The position numbers and the translations under genes were made by a program. A stretch of 61,899 nt of DNA, the filler included, from Sphacelaria rigidula (Eukaryota): NCBI GenBank assembly GCA_964200075.2. It is 8 parts of 8 records of this genome, joined end to end, with 100 filler letters (N's around TTAATTAATTAA, not from the genome) between each part and the next. Parts side by side here need not be neighbours in the genome. Positions count along the whole stretch, not along the records: positions 15,503 to 23,152 come from CAXNAA020013929.1; positions 23,253 to 30,902 come from CAXNAA020013930.1; positions 31,003 to 38,652 come from CAXNAA020013931.1; 5 more parts are not named here. One strand, written 5' to 3'. Each line of letters starts with the position of its first letter. Within the stretch, counting starts at the first letter, position 1. The notes beneath the pieces are model-generated. The model was not told the origin of the DNA. It did not search any database and worked only from the letters and a program-made list of their open reading frames with translations. Of this stretch, positions 23,071 to 36,300 are shown in pieces.

Positions 23071-26000
23071 CAACAAATTGTGCGAACTGAGGTTTAACTC
23101 CTAGACGAGGTTCAAGCCTACGACAGTGCTTTCCCCACACTTTCAGCGATGGNNNNNNNNNNNNNNNNNNNNNNNNNNNNNNNNNNNNNNNNNNNNTTAA
23201 TTAATTAANNNNNNNNNNNNNNNNNNNNNNNNNNNNNNNNNNNNNNNNNNNNGTGCGAACAACGGTTGCTGTTTTCACCCACGCACTGACCCGAAATTTC
23301 GAGCAACAAATGGCCCAAAAACCCCCCCCCCCCCCTATCGTAGGATGACTCTTCTATCTGAATTATCATGACAGCCAAGTGACAGCTGGTTTTGCATGTG
23401 CACAGCAACCATCTGAACTCTGGTTTCGGAACGACTTCTAACCGTTTGACATCGAATGTAGGCCCTGAGGCTCATGTTTTAATTTTTCAAATACATTCGC
23501 TAAGGATGCAAGAGATGGTCCAATCTGACGGTCAACGGTCAAATGTCAAAATCACAACAAATCCTACCGCCCATTTTCGAAACGGTTTCACATGTGAACA
23601 GTCAAGTACACGAAGTCGGATTTCAAGCCGGATTCAAACCGACCGACCACGACTGTTCGTCTTCACGGTCATGCTATAATTTGCCTACAAGAGTTGTAAT
23701 TTGCCCACGAGAGTTGTAAGTTGCCCACGAGAGTTGATGACGGTTCAACAGGTAAATATCAAGACCACAGCGGCTTATGCCGCGTACAGTAGTGGGCAGT
23801 CTAACTATTAATTTTGAGGCATTTTGTGGTTTCTTCGTAATTGGCGATTTTCTTGGGCTCTTTTCGCTTACCACCGCTTATTACATTGGGGATCAGAAGA
23901 TATTTGTATCCGCTCCACATTCGAAGGAAAAAAAAATCATCTGTACTCAATATTGAGTGACTTAAGAGCTGACCGGTCATCGGGGGTCCTGCGACGTTTC
24001 AGCCCAGACTCTTACTCTTCGGTATCTTCGGCCGATCGAGCCTGTCCCGATCATATTTCTATAAAAATAAACAGTCTTATTTTGTTGAAAGTCTGCCTAC
24101 TTATTGCACTAGAGCCGAAAAACTGTGTTTCACGGTCAATAACACCCTCCTGATGAACGGGGTATCTACTCGTTTCGCCCGATAACACCAAGTAGCACTG
24201 ACTTGGGCACTGTGTTTCGAGGGTGATCTATTTATTGTACTGAAATCTACCGACGCGAGCAATTTCGAGTTCTATCGAAGAGCAGTACGCGAGGAAAACC
24301 CAAAATCACCGCTGAATAGTTAGACGGCCCACTGCTGTAGATACCGGAACTGTCTTTCACCATTGGAAAGAGAGTGTAGGTCCTCTCGGTCACCTTCTAG
24401 TTTTTGAAGTACAGTTGATAACGATTTGGCATGAGGTGAACGTTTAGACAACAACGTCTACCACATCGGGCATATCGAAACGGTTTTTAATATGGTTCCA
24501 CGCAAAAAGCGGTCAAAGTGCGCTCGTCCCGTTCCTAAAGCATCGCCCACCTATCACACAACTCCTTTTACCCCCAACCCAATCCAAGTCGTATGCCAAC
24601 GCTTCCCTCCAAACCCCATTCTGGGTCCTCAACATCATGTCTTCTCCTTCTTCCTTCAGATCCCCCTTTTCCCTCGCCTGCGAGATGGCCGCTAAACGCA
24701 AGCAGTAAGTCGAGGTGGCGCAAATTCCGGCCGAGTTCAACTCGGTGCAGGCCGAGACCATGGTGTGCCTTATTTGCTACACGACCGACAAGTTGAAGAA
24801 AGGGAGGCACTTCGGACAGATGTGAGATTCTTTCAGGCGTGTATTGCGTTTCATCACGACACCACCGTATCCTTTGCTTCGTGATTGGTGTAGTAGCCGT
24901 CGTATCGTTTGTAAATAATGACGGGTAGGCATGGCGCCCCCATCTGATGGTTGAATGCCGTAGTTCGCCTGTTATCAAGGCGTGTTCAAACCCAACGAAT
25001 ACGCTTTGATCTACGCTGGCTACTGCCTTATTCTTTTTTGCCTACAGTTTTGTTGCGATCTGTTCAGGGCAATATCGGACACAAATTGCTCTCTATATGA
25101 AAGTCAACGAGACACTTGTCCGCACAGTTGTCTTGATCATTTCGTACGCCTCGATATATCTTATCGCGAAGAATCCATATCTGTGTCATTTGAAAAATAG
25201 TTCGATCTATAGATGATGACAACGATTGATTGAATAAGACACGGTCAATGCTGTATTTTTTCTAAATGCTGGGAAATTAACTATGGGCAGTACACTGGCG
25301 CCGTGTGTTTGTTGGCATAATGCACCACCTTTCCCCTTACTACTAACGAACTCGTCCGCTTTCCCTCCATTTTTCGATTTTTCGTCGATTTCGAACAGTG
25401 TGATTTTGATCCTGTACGGAGCTGATGACAACACGTTCCATTTCCATCAGTCCTGTCAACAGGCTGTGTGTGTTGTCATCCGACATATGGTTGAAGCCAG
25501 TCTACACCTGTTGGGCATGGTGTGGGAAAAATATCCCGCGTCCTCACCGGGGCGAATGGCTACGGCTGTGTTTTGCTTAATTCTGCCAACCGTGTAAAAC
25601 TTCCAAACCGGTACCCCACAGCTTCGTAAAACGTTTCTTACCGGTACCTGGCAGTTTTGTAAGATCTGTAAGTCCATCATACCCCTGGCGGACAACTCTG
25701 TAAGGTCTGTGAGCCTCCCAAAACCCCAACCCGGGTTCAACGTATACTCTTGTGCGTATATCCGATGCAGGCAGAGTACGGGTATACGTGAGGGCGAGGT
25801 GAACGTTTTGATTCAATCCCTACTTTCGTTCTGATAATTCGCACTTGTTTCCCAACCTACATCGATCAAACCCCCCTGGTATTCGAATCCATTTACCCTT
25901 CAAATATTTTCTAAATTTTGGTACACAGATGAGTTACGGGGTACCGTTGAAGGGGAAAGTGAAACATCATGGTAAGCAACGCCGACCGTCGGGGTGGACC

Positions 26001-26171
26001 ATAACTAGACACGGGCAATGGGTCGAGTGAGGGCCCTTCATCTGCGCCACCAGCGCTATCAACTAGCAGCAGGGTGCAGGTCATCGAATTATGGTGTCCA
26101 ACCCTATTTTGTATTGGGGTCGGTTTGTTGCATACACCGGGTATCTTTACGAATATTATCCCTATCCGGCA

Positions 26172-26480
26172 GTTCGGTGACTTCTGTGAGACTTTAATAC
26201 CGGTTCCCGAAAGTTCTGTAGCTTCCGTGAGGCTTTCATTCGCCTACCCGATATTTGTCGTGAATTCTGTAAGATTTTCATTGCCCTACTCGACAGCTCT
26301 ATGACTTCAGTAACACTTGCATACCCCTACTCGACAGATCTATAACTGCAGTAACGCTTTCCTCATCCCACTCGAGAGTTCTGTGACCTGTGGAAGACTG
26401 TCCTACCGGTCCACGATAGTTCCGTGGCTGCTGTGACCCCCCTGTACCCTTACCAGACAGTCCTGAATTTTCTGTACACA
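26172..26480 (+). repeat. Degenerate ~41-bp minisatellite
   Basis: About 7 units with an approximate consensus GTTCTGTGACTTCTGTAAGACTTTCATACCCCTACCCGACA. More decayed units extend to ~26700 and occur at ~25595-25740. Confidence 0.7.
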
Positions 26481-27268
26481 AGTTTTACCCCTATACTCTT
26501 GTACAAATATCCGGGTGCGTTTTCAATTTTCTATGCAACCTTCTTTCATCACCAGACCACTTCTGGATTCTCTGAAGGCCTCCTATACCTAACCGATAGG
26601 CTCTGTAACCTCTGTGCGAACTTCATCCCGGTACTCGTTGCTTCTGTAAGGTTTATAAAGGCTCTCATACCCTACCGAATACGCCCTAACCCTACGAAAA
26701 AACAGCTTTATTCTCAAGGCTGTGAACAATCAGCTCTGTTCAGTTCGGTGAAAACTGGCCGCCCCAGTTGCCAGTACATCGAATTTCCCCCAGTCATTCG
26801 CCCCTCCCGGCTGGTGGAGGGTGCCGCGCAAGAGTGCCGCCCGGGGCTAAAGAAATTACGGTGTTTGACCTATTTTCCCTGCAAAAGTAGTAAGTAATTG
26901 TGAAAAATGCATCCATTCACGTCGAGCTGCTAAGAGGTTTGTGCTGCTCGAAAATATCTTTGAACGTGAGAAGCGATTCGCAAATCATCCGTCTAAAGTA
27001 TGCAGCAGCAGAGACTCTCCATGAGGACCTGAAGATCGGAACAGTTATGCCACGGCTGGCAGTACATTGGGACAAAGAGCGCAAGTTCTCACCGCGGCTT
27101 GTTCAATAGACTGCTTGTGTATTTTGTGATCGCCGTTACCGTTATTTTTTCGCGGGTTAGGTACAGGCTGGGCTAGCTGACATTGATTTTTGAATGTATC
27201 CTGGCGATGTTGTCGGTAATTAGAAGAGTTGGGCGCTAAAACATTGACACAACATTTTTATCATCACT

Positions 27269-27413
27269 ACGCACAACATTTCTGGGGATGCCTTGGGGAT
27301 GCCAAGAAAACAAATCAGGAAGTTAGAGCGATTTGAAGTTTGTGCAAAAACTAGAAAAAATGCTATGACTCCGTGAAAACAAATGCAGAGGCATCCCCAG
27401 AAATGTTGTGCGT
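27269..27413. repeat. Perfect 25-bp inverted repeat (MITE-like)
   Basis: ACGCACAACATTTCTGGGGATGCCT (27269-27293) / AGGCATCCCCAGAAATGTTGTGCGT (27389-27413). Confidence 0.7.
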
Positions 27414-29257
27414 CCTTGTGTAGAGGAGATCCTGGTGCGATTTCGGCCGAAAACACTAGAAATTTGGGACAGCATCCATTTTTCGTGTGGCACGGCTGCG
27501 CCCCGGTGGTAAAACTGGTAGAGACGCCTCTTGTTACAGAGGTGACGAGTTCGAATCCCGACACGACCATTTTGTTTTTGCGCATAATCTGGTATAGCGC
27601 CTTGCATCTGGGGGTTGTATAGCGCAGTTTCAGGTAATTGTTCTCCCTTTTACGGTGGTAAATGGCCGTCGGCTAGGAGGTTCTCTCCCATGATGGAGCT
27701 GTTGACTTTGATGCCATCTTGCAACACTACTCGTACCAGTTTACTTTTGCTTGCCCATGTCGAGTCTTCGCGTGCCTGTGCGGCGCAATTCCCTACCATA
27801 ATTCAATCGCATTTTGTGAAACGAACAGTCTCCAGACACGCTATCACGCAACGACACGAGACGTTCCCGGTACTTAATGCAGTACAATAACATAACATCA
27901 TCGCCAAAACTTCGCCAGTCGACCAGCTGCGGTGCCGTGCATTAGCAGGTTGGTCAGCAGTTCACCGCGATATGCTCAAGTCGAGCTGATTTGGTAAACT
28001 TGACGAGTTTAGTTGAGACATGCAAATGCGGGATGTACTGCTGGCCCAGCTCGTACATATCTGCTACATCACTTCAAGTTTAGTGGGCATGTCCTACATC
28101 ATGTTCGGAACGCTCATCATGCAATTGGCAATTGCGGTTTCGCGTTCGGCACTTCCGCATCAAGCTTCCCACCGTAACTAAGTCGCACTTCTTCATTACT
28201 TCGTTTTCCTCATTCGACTGACCACCCGTCGACCGATCCGCTGTCGTCGATAGATAAAAACTGCAGAACAACTTGGTACCAACGAAGCTTGTGGTACCTA
28301 TACTGCTGGAGACTGCAGACTTCAATCGTACAGTCTAATTATATATAGTGCTTCTTTGTTATAAACTACCCATAATAAAACTAACACAAAAGTACTCGGT
28401 GACGACAACCGGCACAACACCTCCAGATGAACTGGACAACTGGCGCTCTCGTAGTCATTTCCAGTTTAACTCCAGTAACAATAAAGATATACAGTATTAA
28501 CTGGTCCAATTCCCAGCTCATTTAATGCATGTGTTCGGTGCACTTTGTCACAGGAGTTGACACCACCCATTTTCAGCCCACGATGCAACACACATGGAGA
28601 ACGGGTCGCTAGAAGGGAATCTCCCACCTTCTTTGTGTTAACTCATTACACGCACTCCTATATGCTGTACTTGCTTGTATAGAATGATACAGTTACTAAC
28701 AGACCGGTGGTTTTCTCAGTCTGAGTTCATCGAGGAGAAACCTGATTACCGAACACAACTTATTATTCCACGTACTTCCTTTTTCACCTATTTGACATCG
28801 TTGCTTTCAACATCCGTTCGTCACGCATTTGCTCACAGTTCAACTATGTTTCCTCCTTCTGTACTCCCCTCGCTAAACTTTCCCCAACTATCCCTTCGTC
28901 CTTCTCCCAATTCTTTCGACATCAACATCGACAGGTGCTCCGTGTGCACTACCCACGTGTCTGTATCCCAGGAGACGAAGCCAGTCCCGAAAGGCGCCAG
29001 GAGATAGGTCCCCTTCCTCTGCCTTGCGTGTGCCGTGGACATCGGGGTCAGCACTCCGTACCACCGCATGGCCGACCCGAACGGCGGTAAAGACAATGTA
29101 TACGCCCACGCCGACGGCCGCACCTACTCAAAGACCCTGGTCAAAGCAGACGGGGGATATAATCACCCTTACGACGGATGCGGAGCCACCCTCGCCAAAA
29201 CCCCTGTTTGACCTGACGCCGAGGGATAATGAACCAGAATTTATAAGGTGTCACACG

Positions 29258-29359
29258 GGTGGCCACTGGGGTGCCTGTAACCTCAACTTTGGACGTTACA
29301 GACGATGCACAAGGTCTGTAACGTCCAAAGTTGAGGTTACAGGCACCCCAGTGGCCACC
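29258..29359. repeat. Perfect 46-bp inverted repeat with a 10-nt spacer
   Basis: 29258-29303 is the exact reverse complement of 29314-29359; the loop is GATGCACAAG. Confidence 0.95.
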
Positions 29360-29809
29360 TGTGCATGACTGCTTCTACGACACCCGTGCCGAGCTCCTGT
29401 CGGATTTCCAACGGCACTTGCAAGAAACGACAACTCGACACCTCGGAAAGTACCGCGGGTCAATGCTTATTCCCTCTCCCCTCCCAGAGGCGACTCCTTT
29501 ACGCCGCGAAGCAAAACCGACCCTCCCCCCGAAAAGAAGAAACCTAATCCTACCCGATAGGGTACCCGACCCACGCCCACCAGGAGCGGAGCCGGAAGCT
29601 AAACCGCCGCTTACGGTAAGTACCACAACTACACATTCCTTTTTCCCTTTCAACCCCCTCTCCACCATGTATAGTTCCATTTTCATCCTACCCTTTCCTA
29701 CTCTCAATGCTTGCTTTCATCGGTGGCAGCCTTTTTTCGCTTTCAACATGCCTCAGTGCAATCTCCAGCCTGCACGCTTGTTCACGTCTCTTCGTCCCTT
29801 TACTCTGTC

Positions 29810-30283
29810 CTGTGACGATTTATAGGCAACCGGTTAGACTACCGTACAGTCAGCGCTGACTGTACGGTAGTCTAATCGGTTGCCCATCAATCGTCACAAA
29901 CGTTAGTCGCTGGATCGATTCCCGTCGGACGCACTTTCTCTGAAGAAAAAAGAGGAAAACCCCACCTCCGGCAAGAAAGAGGGTGATGGGGCAGAGTCCA
30001 ATCCCCGAGGTGACTGCTAGGGACCCCAGTGCACACACTCTGAAAATGAGCGGGGGAGACAAGTAACTCTGAATGGATACGTGTGGCAGCATTAGACCGG
30101 ATACCGTGAGCGCGAACAGTTGAACAGCGCTGGCAAGGGGAGTCGCCCTCCTCGGTGTGAAAGTGACGGGGATCGAACCCCCACGACTAACTTTCGTGAC
30201 GATTTATATGCAACCGATTACACTACCGTAAAGTCAGCGCTGACTGTACGGTCGTCTAATCGGTTGCCTGTAAATCATTACAG
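29810..30283. mobile_element. Inverted-repeat element whose ~115-bp arms each contain an ~85-bp palindrome and tRNA-like boxes
   Basis: Palindromes are centred on AGCGCT at ~29811-29898 and ~30195-30283, and the two arms are reverse complements of each other. Confidence 0.7.
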
Positions 30284-33049
30284 TCTCTTGCCTACCTTCT
30301 TCCTACCATGATGCGTTCCAAAACCAGATGCCTGCACTCGGAACGTGACGGACTTCGTCACATCCGACGTCATCCACATCAGCTTCTGGCAGCGTCTGCG
30401 ACTTTTTAGCGGCATCATGTCTTCTCATTCTGGTCTCCGGTTCTTTCGGCATTGTGGTGTCTTATGTACAGTAACGTGGTCGAATCAACTTCTTCTTCCC
30501 GGTGTTTTTTGGGGGCCAGAGTTGGGGGGATTAGGCGTGTCCTAAGTTGTATATGGCCTCAAGTTTAAATTATTTCCTATACACTACGAAATATCTGTTT
30601 CTAGGGCAGGAAGATATAATATTGACCAAACTCCCACCGCCCAATGGAAGCCGGTAAGGTTTTATGGGTATCTCACCACGAGACCCCAACCTCCATGTGA
30701 ATTTGACATGGAGTGGGTGATGACCCTACCCTATCCGTACTGGTTATATCTGCTGTACCTTTGATTTGCATGTAAGGTGGTCAGCCTTCATGCTGTTGTC
30801 TACATGTCTAGGTTTTGGCTTTCATCATTGTCTTGCGTTTGTGATAATATGATGGGGAAGGGCCTCGGTTATTTTCCGCGATTCCATGTCTATGTCCGGG
30901 CTNNNNNNNNNNNNNNNNNNNNNNNNNNNNNNNNNNNNNNNNNNNNTTAATTAATTAANNNNNNNNNNNNNNNNNNNNNNNNNNNNNNNNNNNNNNNNNN
31001 NNCTTCAGCAACGTGCAGCTTTGTAATGCCTGCACTGTCCATGCGCGTGCACGCAACTCGGTTGCCCACAGTACCACGCAGTTCCGTCGCTGATTGTTAC
31101 CATGAGAGAACATGTGCAAGTTTTCGCCAACAAAAGATAACCAAAGCACACACGACGTCTGCAGTGTATCTATTCCTGTGCTCGACTCGTGTCCTATGTT
31201 GCAGGGTTGCGGTGGTAGCTGATAATGAGTTGGATGGAATTTGCATGGTCCGGTGAACAGGTGTTATTGGGCGTGGTGGTCTGTAAAATAGGAGTCAAGT
31301 GCCGCTTCGTGCCTTTCGACCGCATGTTTTCGATCGAAAACGATTGTTTTTTAACCCGTTGTATTCTTCTCCACGCGCCGCTAATTATAATTTCAAGATG
31401 AAGCCTTCAAGGGACATAAATGCGGTGGACCTATCAGATCGGCAAGAAAAAAATCGACCGCACTTGTTCGATCGAAAAAAAAGTGCGAAGACACGCCCTT
31501 ACAGCAATCCATCCCTCTGACAGACGGACGTGAAGTCTAATGAAAAAAGTAAATGGGTATAACAATACTTCACCATGTATTGGTACTGCTTGTTGATACG
31601 TCGGTAGAGCGAAGAATACTGTTGGCTACAGGTGATCATGTGCATTGCGGTGTTGGTACTTGTCTGCTGACAAACCGCCTGAGTACACCTAAAGAGGATT
31701 ATTGACTGTTGAAATGGATGCGAGTGACACAGCGCTGTGCCTGAGTGTAGGAGGCTAACGCGAGAGAGAACGGTAATCGAGAAAACTCGACTTCACATAA
31801 CCGAACACAGGGAAGTGCGGTAACTACAAACCGTTGATCGTAGAAGGCAAACAGAGGGGAGTACGCTTATTGGAGAATATCCGATTACTTCTGTAGCGAA
31901 AGCAAAAGTGCAGCATATGGGAAACGTATGGACTTTTGCAGCGAAAACTAGAGAATGGCGTTGACATCGGATTCATTGCTGTACCGTAAGGAAAGTCAGA
32001 AATACGGCGAACAAGTGGTTGTTGCGGCGGAAACATTAGTACAGAAATGAAAAGTAACAGGGGAACACGTGTAGTGCAGAGGCCGTGAAATAAGATGATG
32101 GTTGCCGCCCATAGATCATGAGGTTGAGACCGGGCGATCAAGATTTGGGGTTTTGTGACATGTACTCATAATGTCGCATCCGGTAGTCATGAGAGCGTTG
32201 CTCTCGCATTCCTTGCGACCCGGTACGGAGCACGCCGGGTTTTCGCCAGACCAGGCTCGCACTCAAACCACCAAGCGCGAAGCGTCGTGATGTGTTTGGC
32301 GAGTCGCTTGAAGGGTCAGCTGAATGAGGGATGAACTGTATCCTGCGAAGACTGTTCGGCCCTAGGCGTACTGATTATCTTGCATAAGTTACTTCATTTT
32401 CTGGTGACGCCACTTCCACAGAGATCCACGGGTTGCACTGCCTCATGGGTGTCTTACCAATCAAACACGACGTAGGACGACCACCCCCTTTGCGCGGAGT
32501 TGTGGTTTTTCATCCCGCACGATATGATCTCGACTCAACCACCATCACGATAAGCGGGAAACGAACGAGGAAAAAAAACGGTAACCTGGTCGCCTAGCTT
32601 ACGCAGTGAATTGATTATTTCAATCTGTCGTTGTCAACCGACGCCAATCCTTACAAGCAAGAGGCGGGGATTGGCGAGTAGTGGGTGTTTGTTTCAAAGC
32701 GTTGAGTCGTAATGCTCAGTCAGACACCGGCGGGGGGACAGGGAACTTGAAAGAGGGATACCGTTTGTCCTGGTTCCAGCTATACGAAATCTGTAGCACC
32801 AGAAGCTGAACTGGCGATTTGTGATGGCTTCGAGAGTTTGATGTTGAAAACTGCCTGTTGGACTCGTTTTCCGTTGATGAAAATTCGATGTTGGATACGG
32901 TGTTCAGAACGTTCCAGCTTACTTTTGTTCCGATATTTTTGCTCAGAGAGTGGTGTCCCGAGATCAACGGGTGCGACGGCTTGAAAATCAAGGGCGAGTT
33001 GTAAAGGGTATGCCCGATAGCTGGGTGTTTGACAAGTCGTACCCTCAGT

Positions 33050-33330
33050 GCCTAGAAACTTGGGTTGAGTGCTGAGATCGTACAGGACCCAATCTACCGA
33101 AAATTTGGGGAGATTGTTCGAGATCATAACCAATCTACCCAGGACTTGGGTAGAGCATACAGGTCCTGCCCAAGTTATCATCTGCACCCACGTATTACTG
33201 ACAGTACTTATTCAACGTTTGGGTAGAGTATTCAAGGTCGTGCGCAAGCTACTCAAAATTTGGGTAGAACGTTAATAATCGTACCCAAGTTACTTAATTT
33301 GGGTAGACTATTGATTTTACACCAAGGTGA
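33050..33330 (+). repeat. Degenerate ~39-bp tandem array with a TTGGGTAGA core
   Basis: (A/T)TTGGGTAGA...CCCAAG/CCAATCTAC recurs at roughly 39-40 bp spacing. Confidence 0.55.
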
Positions 33331-36300
33331 TACTGCATACCCCGGTATTGCACGTCATCCCATGACAAATCTAGATTTTCCGCGTTGAATTAAAAGAATC
33401 CAGTGGAAGCGCCGTGATGTTCTGGATTTCTGGCGTCATATGGCGAGGAGCACTTGCGAAAAGGGGGTGCTTCAAATGGTTGAAATTGGGGACCCAACAG
33501 ACGCAACCGTATCTTACCTGAAGCCGGCGTGTGGAGCAATGACGGCACGAACAGGCCCCGCCGCAGCCCTCGGAGAAGCAGAGTTAAGCCAGCCTGTTAA
33601 TGGGACAAATGTGAGCTGGTTTCATCAAACGTTCGATTCCCCAACGTGAGGTTTTAGGATCTGGCATGGTTGGTTGGTTCCGTTTTCACGCAACGCCCGG
33701 CGGCAAGTGGACACCGGCAGCACAACTCCTTGTGGCGACAGTTTGGTAAACCAGTTCTGCGCGAAGCCGCCAAATATCAAATTTAACCTGTCGGAATCCA
33801 CCTGTAAACCTCAACACGAAGGTGGTTCTGTCCGTGTACTATGTTCGTGATCGTGCTTCATGCGCATCGGAAAAGCACCCCATCTTCCCCCATGCAAAGA
33901 ATAGTCGTTGTCATAGCAGATCCACCACCATCTCACTAAACCTTTGAGGGGGTGCAGCCTTTAATTAAACACTCAAAACCCGAGACGGCAACGTGGTTTG
34001 GTGGCGAAGGTCGTTACTACCGGGCTTTAATTTTCATACTCCCCTTTCATTTAGGGATCAAAATAGATGAGAAATAATGCCGTTAACAACGGCCCTAGGA
34101 ACACCCCAGGTTCAGGTTCAGGCGTCCTTGTCTGGTTTTGAATCTTGATCCGCGGGGGCAGTGGGTAAGTAATGACATGGCTGTTTCGGGAACGAATTTC
34201 GTTATGAATCAAGCTCGCCTACCGTTTGCGAATGTCAGGTTGGCTTGCAAAGATCCAATTAGTGATGTGTGTTGATTAGGTGAGGGCTCTTCCAGGAATA
34301 TCGATTTTGAGGACTATGGTGCGTGTGTAGGGCAATTCATGGTTCTGCCATCTAGTGTTGCACTGGGAGAAAAAATATACCCCTCAGGAGGGTCCACTCG
34401 ATATTGTCAACCAAGGAACCGTGAACCACGAGACAAACAGTGTCGATGTTCAGAGCCTTTCATATGCTTGAGAGACATTGATACTGAACCTCATTCAAAT
34501 GGCATGAAGGCAGAGCATCAAGGGTGCACCCCAAAGCTTCCTCTCATGATAAAACACACGCCGAGGCACATATACGCCGAACGCACATCGTTTTCTCACG
34601 AATGCGCGGCAAACACCTCTCTCGTTTACCCGCCATGTTGTTTTCCCGATCTTCTCCTCGTCTGCTTCGACGTAGGCTCGCTCTGTGGCCGACAACGATC
34701 TCTCTCATTTTCGAAATCGATTAGACTGCCAATAAAAAATCCCTCATTCTCGGGTATACCCTACACAACACAGCTTTCAAGCTGTCCCAGTAATATATGT
34801 TAACATTCGTTTGGGGTCTGGGTGCAAGAAGAGGAACTCGTTCTCGTCCATTCTTTCGCTCTCTTCCGGTGGCATCTCTCCACCCCCTCGATCACCATCA
34901 CCTCTCGCTCCCTCTTGGTGGTCACCTCTCCATCACTCCAGCATTATCCATTCAATGTCTTTTGGGGAAACCGAAGACGAAAATTAAAGCTGAGGTGACC
35001 GCCTACCCGTCTCGGTGACATCACAGACGTCCAAAACGTTCGCCACAGAGCCACTCATTTCGTGTCTGTATACAGCGGAGGCGCAGGACTTTGCTACGGG
35101 TAGTGAAAACGTGGTGGATACTGCTCAGCCCTTCTCCATCGTTACATCAATACAGCCTCTTATGTTTGAGTTGAAGCGGCTTCACTTCGTTTTTTGGGAG
35201 CTCAGAGAAATCGGTGTCTATTCTTGCTTCTCCCTCTCTCGGTTCCTGTGGCGTACAGATCGACGTTTCGCCCCTCCGAGGCCTGCTTACCACATCGGGC
35301 GTAAAAGCACATAATACAGGCTGATTCAGGCATATCACCCGAAAAACACTCATCGGCAAAACCTCACGCCGTTTGAAGGAGTTCGACCCTGAAATGTGCA
35401 CAGATGTTCTATGAGGCATTACGCAACTTTCGAAGGTCGAGGTTTTCCAACTTCTTCACTTTTTTCACCGTTTTACGGGGGTCTCAGTTTTTCCCGGGAA
35501 GCATCGATCCAATCGGGCCCCCGTAGGACGGTAAAGAAGAAAAAAAATCGCAAAACTTCGTTCATCCAGAGCTGCGTAATGACCGATAGCACAGCTGTGC
35601 AAAATTTCAGGGTCTCACTCCTTAAAACGGCGTGAGGTTTTTCGCTTTTGTGCGATAAACTTTGACGTGCCGCGGTGAAACCGCAAAGTGCTTCATTCTA
35701 GTACAACAACGGCATTTTGGGGCGTTCTTTGACGTGAACTTGAAAATTCAAGCATCACTTGATCGAGATTTGCGACGAAAGTGTGTGGGACCATTCCTCG
35801 GGTTATGCGGGGACGGCTCGCCCACGAAACAAAATCGTCGTGCCGGTTTTCCCGGGTCCCAGAATGGAGACTACTTCAAAAAACGACTTGGACCCCCGTC
35901 AGACCCCCGAAAAACGGTGAAAAACTGTAGAAGTAAAAACTCATGATCCAAAAAAAGTTGCATAATGATACATAGCCTATTTTTGCAAAGGTTCAGGATC
36001 TAACTCCCAATAACGGCGTGAAGGTTTGCGCGTTTGTGGAAGACTTGGGTTTGAAACGTGTAACTCCTAACTACTTCGTTTTAGTATATAAACGTATTTT
36101 GAGATGAACTTCACGTCAAGGCGAGAAAAACTATATGAGGTTTTCGATTTTCTCCACCAAACTTTGTACATGTGTTCCTTGAACGATTCCAGGACACATC
36201 ATTTCATTATTTATATTTTAGGGCATTCTGTACCGCCTTCCGGGGTCTTGATACTAGGACCCTCGGAAGTCGGTAGAGAACGGAGAAACCACGGAATATT

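Noticed and set aside
26172..26480. Possible CRISPR-like array
   Set aside because: Whole units are degenerate copies with no invariant repeat and unique spacers; the context is eukaryotic and there are no cas genes.
27494..27569. tRNA gene (also ~42085-42160, ~44655-44710 and the SINE heads)
   Set aside because: A/B boxes are present, but the acceptor stem and anticodon loop do not form a proper cloverleaf; these are better explained as repeat-derived.
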